From positions 1-33,332 of the forward strand of contig SNRW01000059.1 of assembly GCA_008636045.1 (NCBI GenBank): a stretch of 33,332 bases of DNA. Reading direction: 5' to 3'. This document shows positions 23,357-33,332 of this stretch, piece by piece. A program made the translations under genes and the position numbers. Position 1 is the stretch's first letter; each line of letters starts with the position of its first letter. Below the pieces are notes generated by a model, which worked only from the letters and a program-made list of their open reading frames with translations, was not told the DNA's origin and made no database searches. The stretch comes from Streblomastix strix. Taxonomy: Eukaryota.

Positions 23357-23773
23357 TCATTCATTAACATAGTAATCAATACAATTAACTAGTTCTTTAA
23401 CACTACATTAGCCATATTTATTATATTTAATTTAAAATTACATTTATTCTACAGCATCTTTTGATTCACGGTATTTTATCCCAAAGTCCCTGTTATCACA
23501 TAAGACTTTCATTTGTTCGGTATATTCTTTAGTTATATCCTCGATATGCTCATTGTTTCGCTTCTCAATTATTATATAAACTATTTATAGATATTTATCA
23601 GGTTATTTTCCATATCGTTTTAACAACTTATAATATGGCTTATTATTTTTACTTAATGTTCTTTAATAATAATCATCATCACACTAATAAATAGGTTCCA
23701 CGTATATTTCTTTTGGAATATTTTAAGAATGTACCAACAATTTACCTCTTAAAACAATTTCTAGCAAGTTCAT
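23357..23773 (-). CDS. Hypothetical viral protein (138 aa)
   Basis: MNLLEIVLRGKLLVHSQNIPKEIYVEPIY...IDYYVNE*; intact frame. Confidence 0.6.
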
Positions 23774-23823
23774 TTTTATAGATAATAAAAATAATAAAAA
23801 AATAAATATGGATAAAATAATTA

Positions 23824-24519
23824 TCAAAAATCATTATCTGTAATTTCTACCTCTGGTGCTTCGCTTAAACGAATAAAGTCGCAATTTACTCGATATAGTT
23901 TTTCAATAGAGTTATATAGCACATTATCCAACACTTTTACAGATGCATTTTTTAGTAAAATATCTTATACTCTACTAAGGTCCTTTTTCTTGAATTTTTT
24001 AGGTATGCAAGTATGTGGTTATATATAATTGCTTCCTCAAGTACTATTTCAACGTCATTTTCATCATTCTATGTGATTAGTGCCCAAAATTTTATAAAAT
24101 TTTCAGAAGAAAAAACAAAATCATCACCTCGTTATCTTTGAGTAATGGTGCGCCAAATAACGTCAATTACAAACTTTTATACTATGAGATTAGGATGTGA
24201 TAAGTTTATACTTTTGGCTATTCTTCTGCTAACTATTGAATTGTCTCTTCCGGTTCTACTTATGCCTTTGTTCTATCTACTTCTTTATATTTAATTATAT
24301 TATATTTTTTATGCAGTATGTTTTCATTTTAATTTTCAATAGGTTTTTAGTGTGTTGTTTCTTAGTCAGTTGGCAGTATTTTTTTATACGATTAATTGCA
24401 TCATCAATTAGTTAGAGTCTAAGTTTATCCTCATCTGCCAACTCTTTTTTCTTAATATCAGCCATTTATTTCTTACTCCTCGACATTCTTACTTGGTTTC
24501 TTTCTATACCCTTTATCAT
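23824..24519 (-). pseudogene. Frameshifted hypothetical viral protein
   Basis: MIKGIERNQVRMSRSKKQMADIKKKELADEDK... and C-terminal ...VNCDFIRLSEAPEVEITDNDF* are separated by frameshifts. Confidence 0.45.
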
Positions 24520-24543
24520 TTTATTAATTTTTAAAATATTAAG

Positions 24544-25209
24544 ATGGAATTATCACATGTGTTTAAAAATTTGATAGAAAACTGGACAAACATAGAATAT
24601 TTTGATAAGGGCTATTTTGTATAGATTAACAAACAAATAGAGGTATATGATAATGGCAAAAAGCAACTACGAAAATTGTCACAAACATAATAAAATAAGC
24701 TATTGCTTTAAGCTCGAGGAGGGGGTGAAATAAAGAAAAAACCATTAAAATAATCTGTATAAAAATAAGCTGTGGATAAAGAAGTAGATTTTATAAATTA
24801 TGAATAATAGGAAGAAAGACATAGAGATATACAGTAAGATATGAACGAAAGCGATGATGAAATAATTAGTTAAAGCGAAAGGCCGGAAAGGCCAATAAAA
24901 CATTAACGTGAGGTTAAACAATCACATAAAAGAGTTATAAAAGCATCAAAATAGCCATAAATCAACTATACTAATCCATATCTTGATTTGGAAGAATTAA
25001 TACGTTTAAGAACTGAAAATACTTTTATAAAGCAATAACATTAAGACGCTATATAATAAATAGAGAAATACAAGCAAAAAGTTAAACGTTATAAGCAACC
25101 AAAATAAGCTATTGAAAAACAAGAGGAATAACAAGAGATTCCACAAGAGCCTATAGAATAAAATTATTAACAAGAATAAAAATTTAGCGAGTATGACTTA
25201 TATAATTGA
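24544..25209 (+). CDS. Q/E/K-rich coiled-coil hypothetical viral protein (221 aa)
   Basis: MELSHVFKNLIENWTNIEYFDKGYF...LDLEELIRLRTENTFIKQQHQ...YDLYN*; intact 666-nt frame. Confidence 0.65.
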
Positions 25210-25595
25210 TAATAATTATTTTTAACTAATTATAAAAATGGAAGAATTTTATAGTCTTTTATAAGGTTAAGAACCAAAAATTACAACAATAGCTTTAACA
25301 AATAAGTAAAGAAATATAAGACTTTAACATAGAGCTAAAAAAATCATAAATTTCAACTTTACTTTTTGCACTTAGCAATATACATGATATAATGAAAACA
25401 TTAGAGCCTTATTACGGTAGTTAAAAATATAATATAATCTTATGAGAAAAATATATTTGGCAGATTGGCACTCTGGCAGCATTTTTTTATGACAATTTTT
25501 TACTTTTTTGTTAAAAAATGTCGTAATACTCGATGCATCCGATGCACTTTTTTGTTAAAGAACGTCTAAAGACATGGTGATATCCGTGGCTATGT

Positions 25596-25912
25596 CATTT
25601 TTTGTTAAATCTCCATGCTAAAATTAATATATAAATTATGTGTATCAACTATTTGCTATTGTATATTGTTATAAATTCATGGGGGAACATATTTGAGATA
25701 TTTTTTTTAACCGTTAATTATTTATTTTAATTATTTTACATAAGGGTGTAGTGTGTCTTAACTTCAAGCGTTTTAATTTTATGAAAAAACCATAAAAAAC
25801 ATTTTTTAATTATTCATTTTAAGGTCAAAACTTAAAAATTGTTGGAGTGGAAAATTTTTATAAAACTGAATACTTTTTGAAGTTGGGGCATAAATCTCCA
25901 TTATATACTACT
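25596..25912 (-). repeat. Right TIR of the Polinton
   Basis: Reverse complement of 4401-4714. Ends TATACTACT and is followed by the TSD TATATT. Confidence 0.95.
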
Positions 25913-25960
25913 TATATTGCACATCATTTGTATCTATGATGTTTGATATATTATTTTTTT

Positions 25961-26400
25961 AGGTATGTCATATGAGCCAACCCCCCCCCCCCTGGCTCGG
26001 CCAGCCAGGACAAATGCTCTGAGCCATGACCTTGGCTCTATATAAATTTTATCAGATAAATAATTCAAATAAAAATCTAAAAATGTTTGTAGTAATCAGA
26101 TGTTTTGAATATAATATTAAAATAGTATATATAATAATATAACAATATACTATAATATTTTCTTGAAATACGCTCTAAAATTCAGTAAAAATCTTTTTGA
26201 AAGCGCCTATGGGGATTGGGCCAAAGTTGGCCGAGCCAAATCGGGTATTGTTACTCCCACCCGTAAACACACCTCCACCCGGCTGGGTGAGTTTAATTTT
26301 TTTTTCTTACGCTCACCCAGCCGGTGAGCGTAAGAATTTCAACCTTAAATCCACCCATTGGGTGAGTATAAGATTTTACCTTATACTCACCCAGGTTAAA
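25961..26400. repeat. GC-rich palindrome cluster (probable transposon terminal/subterminal region)
   Basis: TGGCTCGGCCA (25993) pairs with TGGCCGAGCCA (26228). Perfect stems: 26279-26291/26312-26324, 26304-26317/26323-26336 and 26359-26372/26380-26393. Confidence 0.7.
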
Positions 26401-26829
26401 AAATAGAACATATTTAGTATATACCTTATATAATATGTTACATTCCACTGGACATGTGTACAAGCATATTCAAATGATTATATATGATATGTTCTGTATA
26501 TATTCTATTCATTAACATAACATTAATGCATAATGGTCACCGTGTGTCGCTTTTTTAGAACTCTGCGTTTTGTTCACCATGCCAGTTAAATTATTAACAT
26601 TTATAATTAGTATTTATTATTATACATATTATAACATACACCCAATAAATTATTTACTATTTTTATTGATCGGATTAGTTAATTCAATTGAAAAAGTAAA
26701 AACATTCTTTTCTTGCTATTAACTACTTATACTATGATTATTAAAATAAAAATCTATTTTATATTAATATTTGCAAATAATTTTTAATAAAATATCATTT
26801 TAATAATTTATTTTTCAAAATTTATTTAG

Positions 26830-27180
26830 TCAGCTTTAGAGTAAGAAGCGATACCAACAGCATTAAAGATAAAATGAATGCAACCAGCATAACAATTCAC
26901 TCATTCATATCTATAGATGTATGAAACAATGAAAGTTATATGTGGATTAATGCTTGTTGGTGAGACCGGAACTGGTAAAACAAAATGTTTGAGAGCATTA
27001 TAAGGAAAACCATAATGTAGTGGATTTGGATAACTGAGAACAATTGTACTTAATCCAAAAGCTGTAACAGTGGGAGAATTATATGGAGAATTCAATGAGA
27101 TAACTCGTGAATGGTATGATGGACTTGTATCTTACTATGTGAAAGGGATGATTGAATAATCAAAGGAAGCTGTAGTTGTC
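26830..27180 (+). pseudogene. Dynein heavy chain fragment (AAA2 P-loop region)
   Basis: QMYETMKVICGLMLVGETGTGKTKCL...LNPKAVTVGELYGEFNEITREWYDGLV; in-frame TGA upstream and abrupt end. Confidence 0.85.
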
Positions 27181-27230
27181 ACAACATTAATACAATATTT
27201 TATTGTTTTATTAATAAATAACTAAATTAC

Positions 27231-30200
27231 TTATAAACAACTGTGATAATGTTCACTTTTCATTTGGTATTATCACAATTCTTTCTCTTCTACTTTTTAT
27301 CTAAACTATTTCCATTTGCATTTTCATGTAATCTAAATACTTCAGGTGTGTTTGCTATTGGGAGGTTACGCATAAATTGTTCCTTTTCTTCATCATAATC
27401 TACTTCATTTTCTTATCCTTCTATATTATCTAAATCTCCTCATTCATCCTCATCACCTTCATTATAACCTCCAAGATACTATAAAAGTATTTCTCTGCTG
27501 ACATCAAGATCAGCTAAAGTCCAATCATATTAAATGTTCCATCCAAGTGGTCCAAACTTATGACGTTCTTAAACAACTGCATTAAAGAATCCAATTCCAA
27601 ATAATAGACGATGCTAAACATCAGTTCTGCTGTGCGCATCAAAGTGTTCTTAGATTGATGCCAATGATCTTTATATATTAACTTGCAATCCTAGAGGTGG
27701 TTCATTCGTAATATTAATCGATGTTTGTAATACAGCAACTGGAAATGCTTTTGATAGTATTGATGTTAAAAACAATCGGAAATCAGGACTAATTTTAGAC
27801 GTAGAATCAGCTGATCCAAGTTTTTCAACAATCGCATCAAGTGAAGGCATCCAACTTGTGCATAGATGACAGTTTTATAATAAAACCCAAAGCCCTTATT
27901 CTTTTCCACGTTCTATAAGTTTCTCAGTTACTGGACCTTATCCTTATCCTAATGATTTAACTACCAATCTTTCACTCGCTCCTTTCTCAGCTGCAAAATT
28001 ATGCATGATTTATGCTGGATCTGTTCCAGGTGATAAAATGAATATAACTGGAGTCGCATAATCTGAACTTGAAAATGTTTCTTTCATATCAAATGGTGGA
28101 AGATCACTATAAATTGATCCAAAAATATATTCAACTATTTTACGAACACTGAATGCAACTCTTTCTTCACGAAGACATCGATGAAGAATTAATTGTTGTA
28201 AAGTATTCAATTTTGTATTCCAAGGAGCAGGAGGTCCTTAATCTTCAGGATTTGGTAAGTTGATATATTCTTCCCATTATTAAGTGCCATGTTGTGCAAT
28301 AGAGAATTTAATTCCTTCTTATGGAAGTGTTTATTTGGTTGTATTACCTGGTCCACTCTTTGATACTACAATCTTCTCTAATTCATTAATTAAAGTCTAT
28401 TATTCATCTTTAATGAATTCTGTTTTCTGCAAATCACTAAACATTTTACTTGGTTTGTTTCCACCTTCTTCTTCATCTGATCCTGTTGATTTTATTGGTG
28501 CTGTTCCTAATAAGAATAACCTCCATTCAGATGTACTAATAATACCTCGATATCGAGCTACTTGAGTTGTTATGATAAATGAGAAGATTTGCTTGTTGCG
28601 TTCAAAGAGACTTCAACACACATTAGCGAAGACAGTTTTGGTTATAACATCAACAAGTAAGTTAAAATGAAGTGATGTTGCTTCTGTTGATGGTGCAACT
28701 CCTTCTGGAAGAGGAGGTTTCTGTTTCTGGCATTCTTTTATGCATTTTGAGAAGAGATTTGTGAAGAATGCTAAAGAGAATTGATACATTGGATCTGCAT
28801 TAGCCATGTCTGCAATAACAAAATATATCAATGATCCTCTGCGTGATACATCTCGATATTAGTTACGAGTTGAATTAATCAATGCGGTCGTTTCTTTTGT
28901 TTCTTGAACTCTTTTCTTAATTTCTCCTGCAATTTCTTTAGATTTATCTAATGCTTAAGTAACTGATTCATTATCAAGAACAGATCCTGTAACTGAAGGA
29001 AGAAGTTTAAGAATATCATCTTCAACTTTACTTATATCATCTGCATCTTTGGCTGCTTATACAATCAATGAATCTCTTTATGCTTCAAGTACAGGTCTTT
29101 CAATTCGAACTGTTTCTGCTAAAAGTTATTCATCTAAACCAGCTGGTATCATTTTGAAGTTAATTATAGTTGTAGCAATTGAGATCTCAGGTGTGTAATG
29201 TGGATTGGGAAGTGTTGTTTTAATGTGAAGTGAGAAATCTTCTGAATAATCAACATCCTGATCATCAATACGCATAGTAAGACGAGTTCCAGCCCTTGTT
29301 ATGCTCTTATTAAGTATTGGAGTGAGTGCAGGATCAAATGTCTCTCCTGCATTCTCAAGTAAGACAGGTACTCCAACACGAACTCCATTCTCCATTGTGC
29401 GTATAAGAGTTACGTCATGTGGTTTAACTATTCGAATTCCTCTTTCTTTCCAAAGATTCTTAACTCATCGAATTGCTTATTTCTGTGGATATATCATCAG
29501 ACACCATCTACGACTTCTAGTTGCAATAATAGCCTGTGATGTACTCAGTGCATCAGAAGGTAATCCTGCAAGACGTCATTATCGAATTTGAATTGGATTC
29601 CCTAATGTCGCATCAAGACTGAATTCTCCTTCCGTCTTAACAGGGATCTGTTTCTTACTAATATACTTCACCCAAAATGCTGCCAACTATTTACGATATT
29701 CACTCGTGAATGGTCCTATATAAGTATCATATCATGTTGCAATAAGTGCATCTCCATGTAATGTTGATCTTGAAGCTGTCAGATCTTTAACTGATTGTGT
29801 CCATCTTTCATATTAATCACTTAATCCACTAAGAAACTTCTCGGCTCGATCTAATTTCACTCGAGAAGCTTCAATCTCAGCTTCAATTTTATCTTTCTTT
29901 GATACTGATGCATCATATTTAGCTTTCAATTATGCTAATTTATCTTAAACTTAACGAAGTTCAGCTTTTTTAGCTGAAAGTGCTTCATTCATCTGAGCAA
30001 GTTTCGTCATTGATTCTTTCGCTTTTGCTTTTTTTGGAGCAACTTCCTTAGCTACTTCACTATATTCATAGAGAGTACGAACCCACGCGCATAGTGATTT
30101 AGCTGCTTTTGATACACTCTCGACAACTTCAGGTTGGAATTTGGGTGAATTTATATAAGATGCTTTTAGTTTAGATTTCATTTTCTCATCAAGAATATCT

Positions 30201-32785
30201 TTATCATAATCTGATAATTTACCTAAGAATTTTGCATTCATTAATTTTTTAGTTTATTCCCAAGTTTATGGTTGATTGAATAATAAACAAACAGATGCCA
30301 TAACAAACGTAACTAATTCTGGAGGACGAGCAAATGACTTAACTTCATAAATATCAGACTTATCAAGAGATTGAACAGCATTAATAGTAGCAATATATTT
30401 AGGAAGAGTTCTACTCAGATCTTTCTAAGAATCTTCAGCTAATGCTTCGGCTTCATTTGTTTATTATGTCACAATTGCTTCTTCTCCGCGAACTACTTCT
30501 TCTTTTCCTTCAACTTCTTTCTATTAAACAGTCAGTTCTGCCATAATAGCAATGGTATCTTTCTGTGATTGGTTCAAACGAGGTTAAATTGCTATAAGTT
30601 ATCCTTACATCACTTCAACCTCGCTATTTGTACGAATAAGTGATTATAAACCATTGTTTAGTTTTCTGTGCCTGGCAGCAATTGATTAATCCATTTCTTT
30701 TAATATTCCTTCATAAGAATTATGCAGTTCTAAATATGAAGTTGGTGTTGTGTAATTGTGTCTCTTCATCTCAGATAGGAATCTGGATGATGCTTATTCT
30801 ACTGATAAATGCATATGAACACAAGCTTCAGCCATCTTATCAGTGTATCTCTGATCTACTGCCCATGTTACTGTTCTTCTTCTTGCAACCTATAAGAGAG
30901 CATGTTATGGCCATGGATCATATCAATCCATTGTACATCAATTGACTAATGATGGGAATTGACGTAATCTATTTCTGAACTATTTGCCTGATGGTGACAT
31001 GCAAAGTACAACATGTAAATTAGATCTTACTAAGGATGTAAAATAAGCCATAACATCATCTCTTCCAAGGGGCTTTCCAGCTTCTTTTGCAAGTGGTCTC
31101 ACAATTTCTACAAGTTCATCTATTTCATCTGGTTGTCATATGTTTGGAATATCTCCAACATTCAATAAGTTATTAAGATCTTCTAAGAATGTTTCTTTAA
31201 CTATATGATTATCACTTATATACAAAACACATTATTATTTCTTCTCTCCAGCAACACGAAGTGGTTTCTTCAAATCTTCTCTGAATACCATTTGCCCATA
31301 ACTTTTTATCACTTCAACTGTTTAGAGTTTGCAATTAGCAATATGTGCAGCTAATCGAATAAGAGATTGTCTGCCAGATCCTCCAATTCCAACAATTAAT
31401 GCATTTCCACGTGCCATTCAGATAATACGTGCAATTCGAGCTAAATGAAGAATAGCATCATCAAATAGAATTAAGAGCTTCGGTTTCTGAGATGCTAAGT
31501 TATAATCATCTAAACGATCCATTAAGATTCTCGAAAGTTCATCACCCATTTTGAATTCTTTATAAATCTATTGTTATGCTGGTCTTTCAGGGAAATCTGT
31601 AAAAACAAGTTGATTAGGTTTTTCTTCAATATCAAATGGTTCAGATAGTGGTTCTTTTGGATATATGAAGAAATCTCTTTATACATCTGATATTACTTGA
31701 TCAAATGCATTTCTATCAGCATTATCTATTAATCGATCTAGGAATACACGAATTCTTTCATGTGTCCATAATTTAGCAACTGTTGATGCTAGTTAATAAC
31801 ATCCAGATGAAGCATGCAATACTCCATTTACTAATGAAGATGCATCTCTCAAATTGAATTTATAATGCGACTTCGATGGTGTTGGTAAGAAAGTAGAACA
31901 TGCTTTATGATACAGTTCTACAGTTGCATCTACTAATGGTTATGTTAATTCTTGTACTGTTGCTGGAAGACTTGGTTTCTAATTAGATAAGAATCCAGCA
32001 ACGATAGAAGAGAAAATTGTAATCATAGCTGCTGTTCCTACTTGAGGCATTCCAATCGTATGGAATTATCGAGTCAATCTCCGAGTAACTTCGTGTTTTC
32101 CACCTCCTGGAGGTCCACATGCTGCTACAAATACTGTGTCTGTCAGATGTATGAATGTCAGCTTCTTACGATCATATACGCCAAATTAAGTAACACATTA
32201 TCTGATAAGCTCAATGGGTGGTTTATGCAAAGTAGATCTCAGGTATTGGAGTATTCATATCATCAATAAATACAATTCCTTGTTTACCAACAGGCGGTCC
32301 AATCAAATTAGATCTTCGATGTGTTAATCTTCCTTCATGTACTTCTTATATTCCTTTTGCACTTGATTGAGCTGAGAAGTTGATTTGGAAGAATAATGAT
32401 TTATCTTGAACTGTTGATATATGCAAGAAATCATTAATAACAATAGTCTTATCAGTTCCTGTTGTTCCAGTAACAGTAATATTAGCTTTCGCATTAATAA
32501 GCATATCAAGTATCGTAGTCGTTGCAACTGTGTCTTCAGTTTGTACAACAATCTCTTCATAAGGTTATTTTGGATTATATTTATATACAGAAACTCTAAC
32601 TTATCATCTTTCACATCATCCGTTCGACTCATTCACAACAACATCAATTACTGTTTTGATATCTCGTGGGAATGATACTGATATCATCAACTTCCTATAA
32701 GCATCTTCTTTAATAAAATCATCTGATACTCGATATGGTAATTTATATTTGGGTGTTGTTCCACGAGATTGATTTGGTGTATTAT
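27231..32785 (-). pseudogene. Axonemal (inner-arm-type) dynein heavy chain fragment, AAA3-AAA4-stalk/MTBD-AAA5-AAA6
   Basis: GTTGTDKT...VFIDDMNTP...AACGPPGGG (AAA3), GNALIVGIGGSGRQSL (AAA4), KSFARPPELV (MTBD), GVPVLLEN (AAA5), and PVIFILSPGTDP, SLGQGQGP, LQNCHL, ERHKFGPLGWNI (AAA6). Multiple in-frame TGAs at Trp/Gly positions. Confidence 0.92.
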
Positions 32786-32789
32786 TATT

Positions 32790-32886
32790 CTTCTTTTGAG
32801 CTGTTACGAAGTGAATCTACAATTGCATCTGCTTCTTCTGATTACCAGATATTTGGAATATCTCCAATGTTCAGTAAGTTATAACA
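32790..32886 (-). pseudogene. Short out-of-order dynein AAA4 fragment from a diverged copy
   Basis: NLLNIGDIPNIWQSEEADAIVDSLRNSSKEE, compared with NLLNVGDIPNI*QPDEIDELVEIVRPLAKEAG at ~31080-31175. Confidence 0.7.
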
Positions 32887-33332
32887 TAGCATGTTCAATT
32901 GCAGAGATATTTACTCCAGAAAACAGATTACTGTTTAAAATATTGTCTATGTAAAATAAACATAAGATAAATATATATATAAAAACATATTTTTATAATA
33001 ATAGTTTAAGTAGTTGAAAGCATGAATAGAATGTTTTTAAAATTTTAATTGTATCAACTAATTCTATCAATAAAAATAGTAAATAATTTATTGGGTGTAT
33101 GTTATAATATGTATAATAATAAATACTAATTATAAATGTTAATAATTTAACTGGCATGGTGAACAAAACGCAGAGTTCTAAAAAAGCGATACATAGTGAA
33201 CATTGTGCATTAATGTTATGTTAATGAATAGAATATATACAGAACATATCATATATAATCATTTGAATATGCTTGTACACATGTCCAGTGGAATGTAACA
33301 TATTATATAAGGTATATACTAAATATGTTCTA

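Larger units (their letters stand above)
4401..25912. mobile_element. Full-length Polinton/Maverick-like endogenous virus (21,512 bp)
   Basis: Termini are AGTAGTATAT...ATATACTACT, with ~315-bp TIRs and an identical 6-bp flank TATATT at 4395-4400 and 25913-25918. It encodes an rve integrase, pPolB, a packaging ATPase and capsid-like genes. Confidence 0.96.
26404..33332. mobile_element. Long inverted-repeat element carrying host dynein fragments (Pack-TIR-like); right end reaches the window edge
   Basis: 26404-~26670 is a near-identical reverse complement of ~33065-33332, with degenerate similarity continuing to ~26770/~32975. I saw no transposase inside. Confidence 0.7.

Noticed and set aside
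25500..25610. CRISPR-like array from TTTTTTGTTAAA repeats with ~30-40-bp spacers
   Set aside because: There are only three short low-complexity repeats, in a eukaryotic context with no cas genes.
27231..32785. Dynein as a functional gene or as Polinton cargo
   Set aside because: It lies outside the TSD-bounded element, lacks the tail and AAA1, and contains many stops.
28284..32954. Plus-strand ORFs in the supplied track
   Set aside because: They are antisense shadows of the minus-strand dynein fragment.

Overview
Very AT-rich eukaryotic DNA that uses a non-standard code (TAA/TAG = Gln, TGA = stop), so the supplied standard-code ORF track misses almost all real genes. The code and the host surface-protein family point to an oxymonad such as Streblomastix (inference). 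The main feature is a complete 21.5-kb Polinton/Maverick-like endogenous virus (4401-25912). It has ~315-bp TIRs starting AGTAGT and a perfect 6-bp TSD (TATATT). It encodes a D,D35D integrase, a protein-primed PolB with OTU-like and HNH-like domains, an A32-like packaging ATPase, probable major and minor capsid proteins, a protein VI-like amphipathic peptide and two phage tail-fibre-like proteins. I found no adenain-type protease. Several core genes carry frameshifts or TGA stops. The integrase is split by a 694-bp MITE (ATAT TSD) whose ends contain a GTAAGT splice donor. Left flank: a tRNA-like remnant, two foldback elements and a decayed surface-protein gene. Right flank: GC-rich palindromes and a second long inverted-repeat structure (26404-33332) enclosing scrambled, pseudogenised dynein heavy-chain fragments that read inward from both arms (Pack-TIR-like). 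All calls come from manual translation and motif recognition; no searches were run.
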